A DNA stretch of 63,042 nucleotides, counting the filler. It is 4 parts of 4 records of this genome, joined end to end, with 100 filler letters (N's around TTAATTAATTAA, not from the genome) between each part and the next. Parts side by side here need not be neighbours in the genome. Positions count along the whole stretch, not along the records: positions 26,907 to 39,975 come from SRR20825019_877; positions 40,076 to 53,238 come from SRR20825019_880; 2 more parts are not named here. One strand, written 5' to 3'. Below the pieces are notes generated by a model. That model saw nothing but the letters and a program-made list of their open reading frames with translations, did no database searches and had not been told where the DNA came from. The translations under genes and the position numbers were made by a program. This document shows, one piece after another, positions 30,310-40,160 of the stretch. How positions within the stretch are numbered: the first letter of the stretch is position 1; every line of letters begins with the position of its first letter.

Positions 30310-32754
30310 ATGCTAAGACTGCTTGTTTTTGTTTGTTGCTTGTTCTCTATAACGGGAACTGCTCAACAATATATTACAGGAACAGTTACAACACAAAAAG
30401 AGCCTTTAGCATTTGCGCAAATAAGCATAAACAATAATCCTGTTACCCTAACAGATATTAATGGGGTTTTTGAATTCACAAACTCTACTTCTGCTAAAGA
30501 GTTTACAGTTAGCTATATTGGTTTTGCTCCAAAAACTATTAAGCTAAAAGACTCAAAATTTAAGTATAGCATTGTCCTTAAAGCATCTCAAGAACAGCTT
30601 AATGAGGTTGTTCTTACAGAGCAAAATAATCCTGCAAATGAGATTATAGCATTAGCTATTAAAAATAAAACTCAGAACGATCCAGATCAAAAACTGTCTT
30701 CTTATAAATACACCTCTTATAATAAGTTTATTATAGATAATGAAGATTTTAAAGTTGACGTAGATTCTGCTAATTTTGAAATTGAAACACTTATAAATTC
30801 AAGTAGAGCCTATCTTTCAGAAAAGGTAAGTACTTACGAGTACTCTAAGGAAAAAGGATTAAAAGAAACTGTTAAGGGTACTAATACTGCCGGCTTTGAG
30901 AAACCAGTTTATGAACTTTTAGCATTACAACTACAGTCACTTTCGTGGTATAAAGAAGACTATACTGTTTTTGAAACCGACTATGCAAGCCCACTTTCAA
31001 AAAAGCCCTTTAATAATTACAGGTATAAAATACTAGACACAACAACTGGTAGTAGGCCAGCTTATGTAATTTACTTTAAGCCAAAAAGACAGCGAGCAGT
31101 TGCAGGTTTAGAAGGAGTTCTTTATTTAGACACAGAGTCTTTAGCGCTTCAAAAAGCAATAGGACAATTAAATGGTGTTGTAAATATTGAAACCACACAA
31201 GAGTTTAGTTATCTAAACTCACAAGATGTGTGGTTTCCAGAGTCGTCATCTGTGACAATAAAACCTGGAAAAGGAGGTAAATCTATCTCTGTTTTTGGTG
31301 GAAATATTTCTGTAGGACAATTACAAAGAAAAAACATTAAAAAAAATGACACCATAAGCGGTATAGATGCAGACAAGCTATACTTAAGCTCAACATCTAC
31401 AGTTTCAGATGTTGTTTTAAATCCAGATTTAGCGCTTAGCCGTGGTAATTACGCTATTGAAATCTTACCAGAAGCAATTGATAAACCTGAATCGTTTTGG
31501 GAAACTTACAGGTCAGAACCATTTACAGATAGAGACAAAGCAACCTCTAAACGCGTAGACAGTATAGTTAAAGCAGAAAATATTGAACGCCGTATAGATG
31601 TTATTCAAAACTTTAATGAAGGTTATTACCCTATCGGTTTTTGGGATGTAGATTTAAGAACCCTTGTAAAATATAATAATTACGAAGGTATGCGTTTGGG
31701 AACTGGCGGTATTACCAATCAAAAATTTTCAAAAGACTTTAGGCTAGAAGGTTACGGTGTGTATGGATTTAAGGATCACACCTTTAAATATAGCTTTGGT
31801 GCTGGTGTGCTGCTTCGAGAAGAGTCTTCTTCTTGGTTTAATGTAAATTATACAAGTGATGTTGCAGAGGTTGGTAGTTTTGTTTACCTCACAGATAAGT
31901 TGGTGTATTCTCTTTTTGAACCAAGATTGGTTAATATAGATTTTTACTACCAGCATAAAACGTGGCGTACAAGCTTACAACATAAATTTACTCCTAAGCT
32001 TCTTACTGAAACTATGTTCAGGAGAAGTCATATTTTCCAAACAGCAGGATACCGCTTTTTAGATGACGGCGTGCTATACAATGATTATCGCATAACCGAA
32101 GCTGTTTTTGCAGTAAGATGGAGCCCTTTTAGTAAGTTTTTGAGAGGGCCGAGAAAGACGATAGAGTTTGAGGAAAATTTCCCTAAGTTTTCTGCTCAAA
32201 TAGTTCAAAGTTTTGATGGTGTTTTAGAAGGTGACTTCAATTACACAAAAATTGGTGCTAAAATAGACTATCAGATTAAACGCTTAAATAAAAGCCACAC
32301 AGCTATTTTGCTAGAAGGAGATTATTCTTTTGGTAACATACCCCTAACGCATTTATTTCACGCCTACCCTAACGCACCAACTAAAGAAACTGTGTTTCAA
32401 CGCTTTTCAGTAGCCGGAAGACGAAGTTTTGAAACTATGTATTTTAGTGAGTTTTTTAGTGATAAACTTGCAACCTTACAAATAAGACACACATTAAGGC
32501 CGCTTAATTTTACAACTAAGTTTCAGCCAGAAGTTGTGCTTATTTCACGTCACGCTATAGGTGATAGTGGCAATCAAGAAAACCACAGTAGGCCATACAA
32601 CACACTAAATCACGGTTATAATGAAGCCGGTTTAGAGATAAACAAACTGTTTTTAGGGTTCGGAACCAGCTTTGCTTATAGGTATGGCGCCTACCATTTA
32701 TCAGACTGGACAGACAACCTTTCTATTAAATTTACATTTTACCTTAAATTGTAA
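30310..32754 (+). CDS. DUF5686-type outer-membrane protein with N-terminal carboxypeptidase-regulatory-like domain
   Basis: ITGTV..EPL.FA.I..TDING.F..SYIGF..L.EVV N-domain; YNNYEG.RLG; C-terminal barrel strand. Confidence 0.75.
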   Translation: MLRLLVFVCCLFSITGTAQQYITGTVTTQKEPLAFAQISINNNPVTLTDINGVFEFTNSTSAKEFTVSYIGFAPKTIKLKDSKFKYSIVLKASQEQLNEVVLTEQNNPANEIIALAIKNKTQNDPDQKLSSYKYTSYNKFIIDNEDFKVDVDSANFEIETLINSSRAYLSEKVSTYEYSKEKGLKETVKGTNTAGFEKPVYELLALQLQSLSWYKEDYTVFETDYASPLSKKPFNNYRYKILDTTTGSRPAYVIYFKPKRQRAVAGLEGVLYLDTESLALQKAIGQLNGVVNIETTQEFSYLNSQDVWFPESSSVTIKPGKGGKSISVFGGNISVGQLQRKNIKKNDTISGIDADKLYLSSTSTVSDVVLNPDLALSRGNYAIEILPEAIDKPESFWETYRSEPFTDRDKATSKRVDSIVKAENIERRIDVIQNFNEGYYPIGFWDVDLRTLVKYNNYEGMRLGTGGITNQKFSKDFRLEGYGVYGFKDHTFKYSFGAGVLLREESSSWFNVNYTSDVAEVGSFVYLTDKLVYSLFEPRLVNIDFYYQHKTWRTSLQHKFTPKLLTETMFRRSHIFQTAGYRFLDDGVLYNDYRITEAVFAVRWSPFSKFLRGPRKTIEFEENFPKFSAQIVQSFDGVLEGDFNYTKIGAKIDYQIKRLNKSHTAILLEGDYSFGNIPLTHLFHAYPNAPTKETVFQRFSVAGRRSFETMYFSEFFSDKLATLQIRHTLRPLNFTTKFQPEVVLISRHAIGDSGNQENHSRPYNTLNHGYNEAGLEINKLFLGFGTSFAYRYGAYHLSDWTDNLSIKFTFYLKL

Positions 32755-32810
32755 GTTTACAATCCTTTAGTATTCCTAACAATGCCTAACTTTGCAGCTC
32801 TTAATTTGAG

Positions 32811-35225
32811 TTGATGGCTAAACTATTCAGTTTTGGGTTCTGGAATACAATTGCACGATTTATACTTCGAAATCGTCTATTAATATTAATTGCAGTAATT
32901 GGTGCTACCGTTTTTCTTGGTTCACAATGGAAACACATGCAATTTTCTTTTACTGAAGCCAACTTACTACCAGATGATCACCCTATAAATATTGAGTACA
33001 ATAAATTCTTAGACAAGTTTGGAGAAGAAGGTAATCTTATTGTTATTGCCACAAATGACTCAACATTATTTACACCCAAGAAATTTGAAGCTTGGAACGC
33101 GCTTACCAAAAAACTAAGAACTTACAGCGAAGTAGAATCTACAATTGGAGTTGACAACCTTAAGAGGTTAGAAAAATTTTCAGACCCAAACAGGTTCGAG
33201 CTTGTTGATGCTGCACCAAAAGTTTTAAATGCAGATTCATTAAAAAACTACGAAACTACCATATTTAACAAGCTTCCATTTTATGAAGGCTTGGTATATA
33301 GCAAGAAGACCAATACAGTACAAACCGCACTGTATTTAGACAAGGCTATTATAAATAAAAAAGCCCGTAAAGACTTTATACTAAAAGAACTCATTCCAAT
33401 TATTGAGGAGTTTGAAGAAAGCCAAGACATTAATGTTTATGTCTCTGGTATGCCTTATATAAGGACCCTAAACTCACAAAACATTATTGATGAAATTGGA
33501 TTGTTTGTAGGTGGTGCATTATTTGTAACCTCTTTGATTTTCTTCCTCTTTTTTAGAAGCTTTAGAGCCACTTTAATTTCTATGATTACTGTACTTATAG
33601 GTGTTATGTGGGCTTTTGGGTTCTTAGGCCTGCTGCGTTATGAAATTACTGTTCTTACGGCCATAATACCACCTTTAATCATTGTAATAGGAATACCTAA
33701 CTGTATCTTCCTTATAAATAAATACCAACAAGAAATTAAAAATCACGGTAATAAAGCAAAGTCTTTACAACGTGTAATTACTAAAATTGGTAATGCAACT
33801 TTAATGACAAACGTAACTACAGCTTCTGGTTTTGCTACGTTTATACTTACAGACAGCACACTTCTTAAAGAGTTTGGTGTTGTGGCTTCAATAAACATAT
33901 TAGCCATCTTCCTGTTAAGTCTTTTAATTATACCTATACTGTATAGTTACTTACCAATGCCTAAAGAAAAGCACCTAGAGCATTTGAATAAACGTTGGGT
34001 TGAAGGTTGGGTAAATTGGATAGAAAACATTGTGCGCCATAAACGTATAATGATTTATATAGTCTCTATAATTCTCTTAGTAACAAGTATTATAGGAATT
34101 TATACCATAAAATTATCAGGAAGCCTACTTGAGGATATGCCTAAGGAAGCTAGCTTTTTTAAAGACATTGAGTTTTTTCAAGATGAATTTGGAGGCGTTA
34201 TGCCATTAGAAATTCTTATTGATACTAAGCGTAAAAATGGAGTCTTAAAAGCTGCCACACTTAAACGCATGGATCAACTTCAAGAGCTTTTAGTTGATGT
34301 TCCTGAACTTTCTAAACCACTCTCTGTAGTGAGTTTGGTAAAGTATACAAAACAGGCTTATTACAATGGTAATCCTAAGTATTACCAATTGCCAACTTCT
34401 CAAGAGCGCAACTTCATCTTACCCTATACCAAAAACTCATCTACTAACGGTAATATATTAAGCACTTATGTAGACTCCACTGGACAGTATGCCCGCATGA
34501 CTACGTTTATGAAAGACATTGGTACAGAAAAAATGGAGCGCATAGAGGAAGCGTTATGGCCTCAAATTAATAAGATATTTCCAGAAGACAGGTATGATGT
34601 AACATTTACAGGTCGTGCATTAATCTTTCAAAAAGGAACTACGTATTTAGTAAACAACCTTGTGCTTTCACTATCATTAGCCATCTTACTAATAGCTGTT
34701 TTTATGGCTTGGATGTTTAGGTCTGCTAGAATGATTTTTGTATCACTAGTACCAAACCTATTACCATTATTAGTAACAGCTGGCATGATGGGCTTTTTAG
34801 GCATTCCTATAAAACCTTCAACAATTTTAGTATTTAGTATTGCGTTTGGTATTTCTGTAGATGATACTATTCATTTCTTGGCAAAATATAGGCAAGAGCT
34901 TAAAGCAAATAACTGGCGTATTAAGAAGTCTGTTTATGCAGCTTTAAAAGAAACCGGTGTAAGTATGTTTTATACATCAATTGTATTATTCTTCGGGTTT
35001 TCGATATTCATGATTAGTAATTTTGGAGGTACAAAAGCGCTTGGAGGCTTGGTTTCTGCTACTTTACTTTTTGCTATGCTTTCTAACCTTATTTTATTGC
35101 CTGCGCTATTACTATCTTTAGAAAAAGTAATTGCAAATAAAGAGGTTATGAGAGAACCATCTTTAAGGATAATTGCAGAAGAAGAAGATATGGAAGATGT
35201 AGAGAATGAAAAATCTACTTCTTAA
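32811..35225 (+). CDS. MMPL/RND family transporter
   Basis: Two TM bundles; GISVDDTIHF, TTASGF; -7 element TAACTTTG at 32787-32794. Confidence 0.9.
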   Translation: MMAKLFSFGFWNTIARFILRNRLLILIAVIGATVFLGSQWKHMQFSFTEANLLPDDHPINIEYNKFLDKFGEEGNLIVIATNDSTLFTPKKFEAWNALTKKLRTYSEVESTIGVDNLKRLEKFSDPNRFELVDAAPKVLNADSLKNYETTIFNKLPFYEGLVYSKKTNTVQTALYLDKAIINKKARKDFILKELIPIIEEFEESQDINVYVSGMPYIRTLNSQNIIDEIGLFVGGALFVTSLIFFLFFRSFRATLISMITVLIGVMWAFGFLGLLRYEITVLTAIIPPLIIVIGIPNCIFLINKYQQEIKNHGNKAKSLQRVITKIGNATLMTNVTTASGFATFILTDSTLLKEFGVVASINILAIFLLSLLIIPILYSYLPMPKEKHLEHLNKRWVEGWVNWIENIVRHKRIMIYIVSIILLVTSIIGIYTIKLSGSLLEDMPKEASFFKDIEFFQDEFGGVMPLEILIDTKRKNGVLKAATLKRMDQLQELLVDVPELSKPLSVVSLVKYTKQAYYNGNPKYYQLPTSQERNFILPYTKNSSTNGNILSTYVDSTGQYARMTTFMKDIGTEKMERIEEALWPQINKIFPEDRYDVTFTGRALIFQKGTTYLVNNLVLSLSLAILLIAVFMAWMFRSARMIFVSLVPNLLPLLVTAGMMGFLGIPIKPSTILVFSIAFGISVDDTIHFLAKYRQELKANNWRIKKSVYAALKETGVSMFYTSIVLFFGFSIFMISNFGGTKALGGLVSATLLFAMLSNLILLPALLLSLEKVIANKEVMREPSLRIIAEEEDMEDVENEKSTS

Positions 35226-36558
35226 GCATAGGTTTAACCTCATCTAATTTACTTGGCATAATCCAAGTGGCGTGTCCAAAATAATCCCATTTGGTATTTG
35301 CAAGATCTACATTTGGGTCTGTAAATTGCTGATAAGGCCTACCATTTACTTTTACACGAGAATTTACATACACAGCTATATCCTTGCCTTTAGCAGCATA
35401 TTCACTCTTAAGACGTTGTGCAAATTGCCACATACAATCTGGTTTGGAGGACACTGTCCTAAGTTGTTTTCTAGTCAAGTAGTCTTCTAAATTTACTCGG
35501 GTTCTTTTTCCTGTATCCTTTTCTTCAACCACAAAAGAAGTGCTTCCTGATTTACTTCTCAACATCATTCTCCAGCTAAGTCTATGGCCTTCTTCGGTCC
35601 ACAAAACATTGTCTGGTATTACCCAATGCCTTAATGGCAACCCTATCTGAATAATAAACCAAACTCCAGTAATACAAATAAGGATTGGTTTATAGTTAGG
35701 TATAATAATTTCACCTTCAGAATAATGAGGTTTTCCTTTTAAAAATCTTTTGTTTATCGTTTCTGTCGTGAAGAAAAATAAAATAAATGCTAATGAGAGA
35801 TAAGGGAAAATACCTATTTGAAAAACAAAGCTATTAAACAAATGAAAAAATACACTCGCAATAACTATAAACCAACGTGTACGTTTAATTAGCAATAGTG
35901 GTATAACAAGTAAGTCGAATAATATACCGGTATATGCTATACAATAATGTACCCAATCCTGTTGAAGAAAATCTCCTACCAACCAATAGTCTTTCTTACC
36001 TCTCATTAGGTTTTCTGCTACGGTTGCGTTTAGCCAATCTGGGTAAAGTTTAGCAACTGATGCGTAGGTGTAAACAATCCAAAGCTGAACTATTATAAAT
36101 AGCACAACCCATCTTGGCATTTTAATCTTCTTAATGCTAGGTTTTTTCCAAGCATCTACACTAGCCCATCTGTGCGCAGGTAAAAAGATCATTATAAAGC
36201 ACAACAACATTAATAAATAATAATGATTATTATATGAAGACTTTTGCATTAAATATACACACGCCCACATAACTGTATAGCAAGACATGCTAAACCTATA
36301 CTTATAACCTATCATTACCAATACCCCAAAAAGTCCCATTAATGCGTAGTAATAATACATACCATCTCCAGGTAAAGGCTGTAAGAAATCTAAGCCGATA
36401 AAATTAAAGGTTTGTTGTGGTTCAATTAAGGTGCGCTTTATCCAACCTGTAAAAATAGCTCCCCAAGCTTCTAACGTAATGAGTAGTCCAAATATCCATC
36501 TAAAGACGATAAGTGCACTGTTGTCTATTTGCTTAAAGAGGAGTTTATTGAGGCTCAT
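35215..36558 (-). CDS. HTTM domain / vitamin K-dependent gamma-carboxylase-like protein
   Basis: YNNHYYL, YASVAKLYPDWL, FHLFN..FQIGIFP, WTEEGHRLSWRMMLR, PDCMWQFA. Confidence 0.88.
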   Translation of the reverse strand: MSLNKLLFKQIDNSALIVFRWIFGLLITLEAWGAIFTGWIKRTLIEPQQTFNFIGLDFLQPLPGDGMYYYYALMGLFGVLVMIGYKYRFSMSCYTVMWACVYLMQKSSYNNHYYLLMLLCFIMIFLPAHRWASVDAWKKPSIKKIKMPRWVVLFIIVQLWIVYTYASVAKLYPDWLNATVAENLMRGKKDYWLVGDFLQQDWVHYCIAYTGILFDLLVIPLLLIKRTRWFIVIASVFFHLFNSFVFQIGIFPYLSLAFILFFFTTETINKRFLKGKPHYSEGEIIIPNYKPILICITGVWFIIQIGLPLRHWVIPDNVLWTEEGHRLSWRMMLRSKSGSTSFVVEEKDTGKRTRVNLEDYLTRKQLRTVSSKPDCMWQFAQRLKSEYAAKGKDIAVYVNSRVKVNGRPYQQFTDPNVDLANTKWDYFGHATWIMPSKLDEVKPMLKK

Positions 36559-37478
36559 GATAACGTTTCAATAAAATTGATTGATATTTTCTCATCGTTC
36601 TGCATCGCTTCAATAAGTTGATCTACGCTTGCAAATTTCTTTTCATCTCTAATACGCTTAAGCATTTGTATGGTCATTTTACTTCCATACAAATCAGTAT
36701 CCATATTAAAGAAATAGGTCTCTATTGTTTGAGATTTACCGCCAACTGTAGGGTTAGTCCCAATATTCATCATTCCAAAGTATGTGATTCCCTTAAAGTT
36801 TGTTTTAACAATGTAAACTCCATTTTTAGGAATTAGCTTATAGGCTTCTTCAATTTGAATGTTTGCTGTGGGATAGCCTAAGGTCTTACCAATTCCTTTA
36901 CCCTTTACAATAGTACCGGTTAACATATATGGTTGTCCTAAAAAAGCATTTGCTTTCTCTATATGTCCTTTTTGCAACGCAGTTCTTATCTTGGTAGAAC
37001 TCACAGCAACATCATCAACATCTTGCTTTGTAATCTCCTCAACCACAAAGCCATACTGTTCTCCAAAGTCTTTTAAAGTGCTTATATCTGCGGTACGATT
37101 TCTACCAAACCTATGATCATACCCTATTATAATTTTTTTTGCTTTTAGTTGATTCACTAAGATGTCCTCTACAAATTGTTGAGCCGTTAACCTACTAAAC
37201 TCTTTTGTAAAAGGATGTATAACTAAATGATCTAAGCCTAGTTGGTTTAATACTGAAGTTTTTTCCTCTATGGTATGCAACAACTTTATTGTGTTGTCTT
37301 GCTGTAACACCATTCTTGGGTGCGGAAAAAATGTTAGGATAACTGAATCTAGTTCAGCGTGATTAACCAAGCGATTTACTATTTTTTGATGCCCTATGTG
37401 TACACCATCAAAAGTACCAATTGTTACAACGGTATTTTTAGAACCTGAAAATGTATTAGCGTTTGTGTGTTGCTCCAA
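36555..37478 (-). CDS. ribF: Bifunctional riboflavin kinase/FAD synthetase
   Basis: GTFDGVHIGH, GYDHRFG, VSSTKIR, LGYPTAN, IRDEKKF. Confidence 0.96.
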   Translation of the reverse strand: MEQHTNANTFSGSKNTVVTIGTFDGVHIGHQKIVNRLVNHAELDSVILTFFPHPRMVLQQDNTIKLLHTIEEKTSVLNQLGLDHLVIHPFTKEFSRLTAQQFVEDILVNQLKAKKIIIGYDHRFGRNRTADISTLKDFGEQYGFVVEEITKQDVDDVAVSSTKIRTALQKGHIEKANAFLGQPYMLTGTIVKGKGIGKTLGYPTANIQIEEAYKLIPKNGVYIVKTNFKGITYFGMMNIGTNPTVGGKSQTIETYFFNMDTDLYGSKMTIQMLKRIRDEKKFASVDQLIEAMQNDEKISINFIETLS

Positions 37479-37480
37479 AA

Positions 37481-38110
37481 TTATTTGCCGTTAAATGTAT
37501 TCATTGTGATAGATACGCCTGCAGTGCCAAAAGATTTTATAAGTTCTACAGAGGTATCTAAGCGTTCTTTCATCTGTGATTCTTCTTCCTCACTCCATTC
37601 ACCTAAAACGTAGTCTACTTGCCTTCCTTTAGAAAACTCATTAGATATCCCAAACCTAAACCTAGGATAACCAACTGTTTTTAGCTGTGCCTGTATATCT
37701 TTTAAACCATTATGACCACCATCACTTCCTTTAGTTTTTAAACGTATAGTACCAAATGGTAAGTTTAAGTCGTCCGTTATAATTAGTAAATTACTGGTTC
37801 TAATTTTTTCTTTCTGCATCCAATAATTTACAGCTTTTCCACTTAAGTTCATAAATGTAGATGGCTTAAGCAGTATAAAGGTGCGTCCTTTAAATTTATA
37901 GGTTGCAGTGTCTCCTAATTTATTAGGTTCAAAAACAAGATCTTCTTGTTCTGCTAAATGGTCTAATATCTTAAAACCAATATTGTGTCTTGTATTGTGA
38001 TATTTTGGCCCAATATTACCTAGGCCTACAATCAAAAATTTTCGCATAGGGTCAATTTCTGGTGAAGCGTCTTTTGGTTTACTAAAAAGTCTTCCGAAGA
38101 ATGCTAACAT
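37481..38110 (-). CDS. pth: Peptidyl-tRNA hydrolase
   Basis: [32 protein letters not shown]; start moved to 38110 because 38140 lies inside the rplY terminator. Confidence 0.95.
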   Translation of the reverse strand: MLAFFGRLFSKPKDASPEIDPMRKFLIVGLGNIGPKYHNTRHNIGFKILDHLAEQEDLVFEPNKLGDTATYKFKGRTFILLKPSTFMNLSGKAVNYWMQKEKIRTSNLLIITDDLNLPFGTIRLKTKGSDGGHNGLKDIQAQLKTVGYPRFRFGISNEFSKGRQVDYVLGEWSEEEESQMKERLDTSVELIKSFGTAGVSITMNTFNGK

Positions 38111-38124
38111 ACTTCTGTAAAAAT

Positions 38125-38155
38125 AAAAAACATCCGCCATATGGACGGATGTTTT
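38125..38155 (-). terminator. rplY terminator
   Basis: AAAACATCCG...CGGATGTTTT stem with U-tract on the minus strand. Confidence 0.7.
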
Positions 38156-38179
38156 ATGATTTGCTTATGAGATTTAAGA

Positions 38180-38833
38180 CTATTCGTCTGTTCCTTCTTT
38201 AACTGCAGCAACATCGTCTGTTTCTGTAGCTGGAACATCTCCTGGTGCCACTTCATCCTCATCATCCTCATCATCAAGAGCTGTAATGTTACGAGATGTT
38301 TTAACTTGGCAAATTACCGTGTTATCTGGGTGAAGGATTTTGTAATCGTCATTTGCAACTTCAGTTACATATAACTTGTTACCAATTTTAAGTTTAGTAA
38401 CATCTGCAACGATATAATCTGGTAAGTTTTTAGCTAAACCTTTAACTTTTAAACGTCTTAGGTTAAAACGTAAAACACCACCATTTTTAACACCTTTTGC
38501 TACACCTTCACTGTGGATAGGAATTTCCATAGTAATAGGACGACCATCTACAATTTCGTAGAAATCTACGTGTAAGATAGCTTCTGATACTGGGTGAAAC
38601 TGAAGATCTTGTACAATTGCGTTGTACTTTTCTCCATTATCTAATTCAATTACGACAGTGTGTACATCTGGCGTATAGATAAGGTTTCTGAACTCTTTTT
38701 CTTCTGCTGAAAAATGTACAGGTTTTTCTCCTCCGTATAATACGCAAGGAACCGCTTCAGCATTACGTAGGGCTTTAGTTGCCTTCTTCCCTAGGCTTTC
38801 TCTTTTCGATCCGTAAATCGTAATTGACTTCAT
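38180..38833 (-). CDS. rplY: 50S ribosomal protein L25/Ctc
   Basis: [29 protein letters not shown]; acidic tail. Confidence 0.95.
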   Translation of the reverse strand: MKSITIYGSKRESLGKKATKALRNAEAVPCVLYGGEKPVHFSAEEKEFRNLIYTPDVHTVVIELDNGEKYNAIVQDLQFHPVSEAILHVDFYEIVDGRPITMEIPIHSEGVAKGVKNGGVLRFNLRRLKVKGLAKNLPDYIVADVTKLKIGNKLYVTEVANDDYKILHPDNTVICQVKTSRNITALDDEDDEDEVAPGDVPATETDDVAAVKEGTDE

Positions 38834-38860
38834 ATTAGTCTATTTTGATTAATTAATAAA

Positions 38861-39802
38861 TTACATTACAAATGTCGAACTAATCGACTTGTTGTGGTGT
38901 ACTCTTGTCATAACCTCTGCAAAGAGTTTAGCACAAGACACCACTTTTATCTTATTGCTTTTTTGTGTTAGAGGGATTGAATCTGTAACAATTAATTGTT
39001 CCAGTTTAGAATTCTCTATACGCTCATAAGCATTCCCAGATAAAATTGGGTGTGTACATATTGCTCGTACACTTTTTGCGCCACGCTCCATCATTAAATC
39101 TGCAGCTTTTGTTAATGTTCCAGCAGTGTCTACCATATCATCTACAAGGATGACATTCTTGCCTGTAACATCACCAATTAGCTCCATATGCGAAATAACA
39201 TTGGCCTTGGCACGTTGTTTATAACAAATAACAACCTCACTTTCAAGAGCTTTACTGTATGCATATGCTCTTTTAGAACCTCCCATATCTGGAGAAGCTA
39301 TCATAAGATTGTCTAAGTTTAAATCTCTAATTTGCTCCAAGAAAATTGTTGAAGCAAATAAATGATCTACTGGCCTTTCAAAAAAGCCTTGAATTTGGTC
39401 TGCGTGAAGATCCATTGTAATTATACGTGTTGCTCCAGCAGTCTCTAGCATTTTTGCTACCAATTTTGCCGCAATTGGCACTCTTGGTTTGTCTTTTCTG
39501 TCTTGTCTTGCCCATCCAAAATATGGCAACACTGCAGTTATATGTCTTGCAGATGCACGTTTAGCAGCATCAAGCATAAGTAACATTTCCATTAAATTAT
39601 TAGGTCCAGGATTTGTAGACCCAATAATAAAAACTCTTGTACCTCTTACAGACTCCTCAAATGAAGGCTGAAACTCACCATCACTATAAGTTGATGTTAT
39701 AACGTTACCAATTGGCACACCGTAATGGCTTGCTATGTTTTCAGCTAGTGTTTTACTTTGTGTACAAGCAAAGATTTTTGCTTCTGTAGTAACCTCTGGC
39801 AT
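38861..39802 (-). CDS. prs: Ribose-phosphate pyrophosphokinase
   Basis: SDGE, PYFGWARQDRK, DLHADQIQGFF, VDDMVDTAGT. Confidence 0.98.
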   Translation of the reverse strand: MPEVTTEAKIFACTQSKTLAENIASHYGVPIGNVITSTYSDGEFQPSFEESVRGTRVFIIGSTNPGPNNLMEMLLMLDAAKRASARHITAVLPYFGWARQDRKDKPRVPIAAKLVAKMLETAGATRIITMDLHADQIQGFFERPVDHLFASTIFLEQIRDLNLDNLMIASPDMGGSKRAYAYSKALESEVVICYKQRAKANVISHMELIGDVTGKNVILVDDMVDTAGTLTKAADLMMERGAKSVRAICTHPILSGNAYERIENSKLEQLIVTDSIPLTQKSNKIKVVSCAKLFAEVMTRVHHNKSISSTFVM

Positions 39803-39845
39803 ATTGATTTTGAGTTGGTTAAGCTTAAGTTTTCAAAATGAGGTG

Positions 39846-39853
39846 CAAAAATA
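39846..39853 (-). promoter_or_regulatory. Bacteroidota -7 element of prs
   Basis: TATTTTTG on the minus strand; a divergent TAATTTTG at 39920-39927 serves the tRNA. Confidence 0.6.
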
Positions 39854-39939
39854 GGTAATTCTTTGAGTTTAAGGTAAAAGAATGTGGTGAAATTTAAGGT
39901 TACCTATAAAATAATTTGTTAATTTTGCCGTCCATTAAT

Positions 39940-39975
39940 GCTCAAGTGGCGGAACTGGTAGACGCGCTGGATTCA
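39940..39975 (+). tRNA. tRNA-Leu 5' half (anticodon CA[A/G]), truncated at contig end
   Basis: GCTCAAG-TG-GCGGAACTGGTAGACGC-G-CTGGA-TT-CA: Leu-type D arm, break inside the anticodon loop. Confidence 0.85.
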
Positions 39976-40075
39976 NNNNNNNNNNNNNNNNNNNNNNNNN
40001 NNNNNNNNNNNNNNNNNNNTTAATTAATTAANNNNNNNNNNNNNNNNNNNNNNNNNNNNNNNNNNNNNNNNNNNN
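39976..40075. other. Artificial contig spacer
   Basis: N44-TTAATTAATTAA-N44. Confidence 0.98.
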
Positions 40076-40101
40076 ACACACACACACACACACACACACA
40101 C
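40076..40101. repeat. (AC)13 microsatellite at contig start, probably intronic
   Basis: Direct reading; followed by a CTGAC branch site and an AG acceptor at 40160. Confidence 0.95.
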
Positions 40102-40160
40102 TGAACAACAAACGCTTCAGTGACCAAACTCTCTTGGATTGCTCTGACCGTATTGATTAG

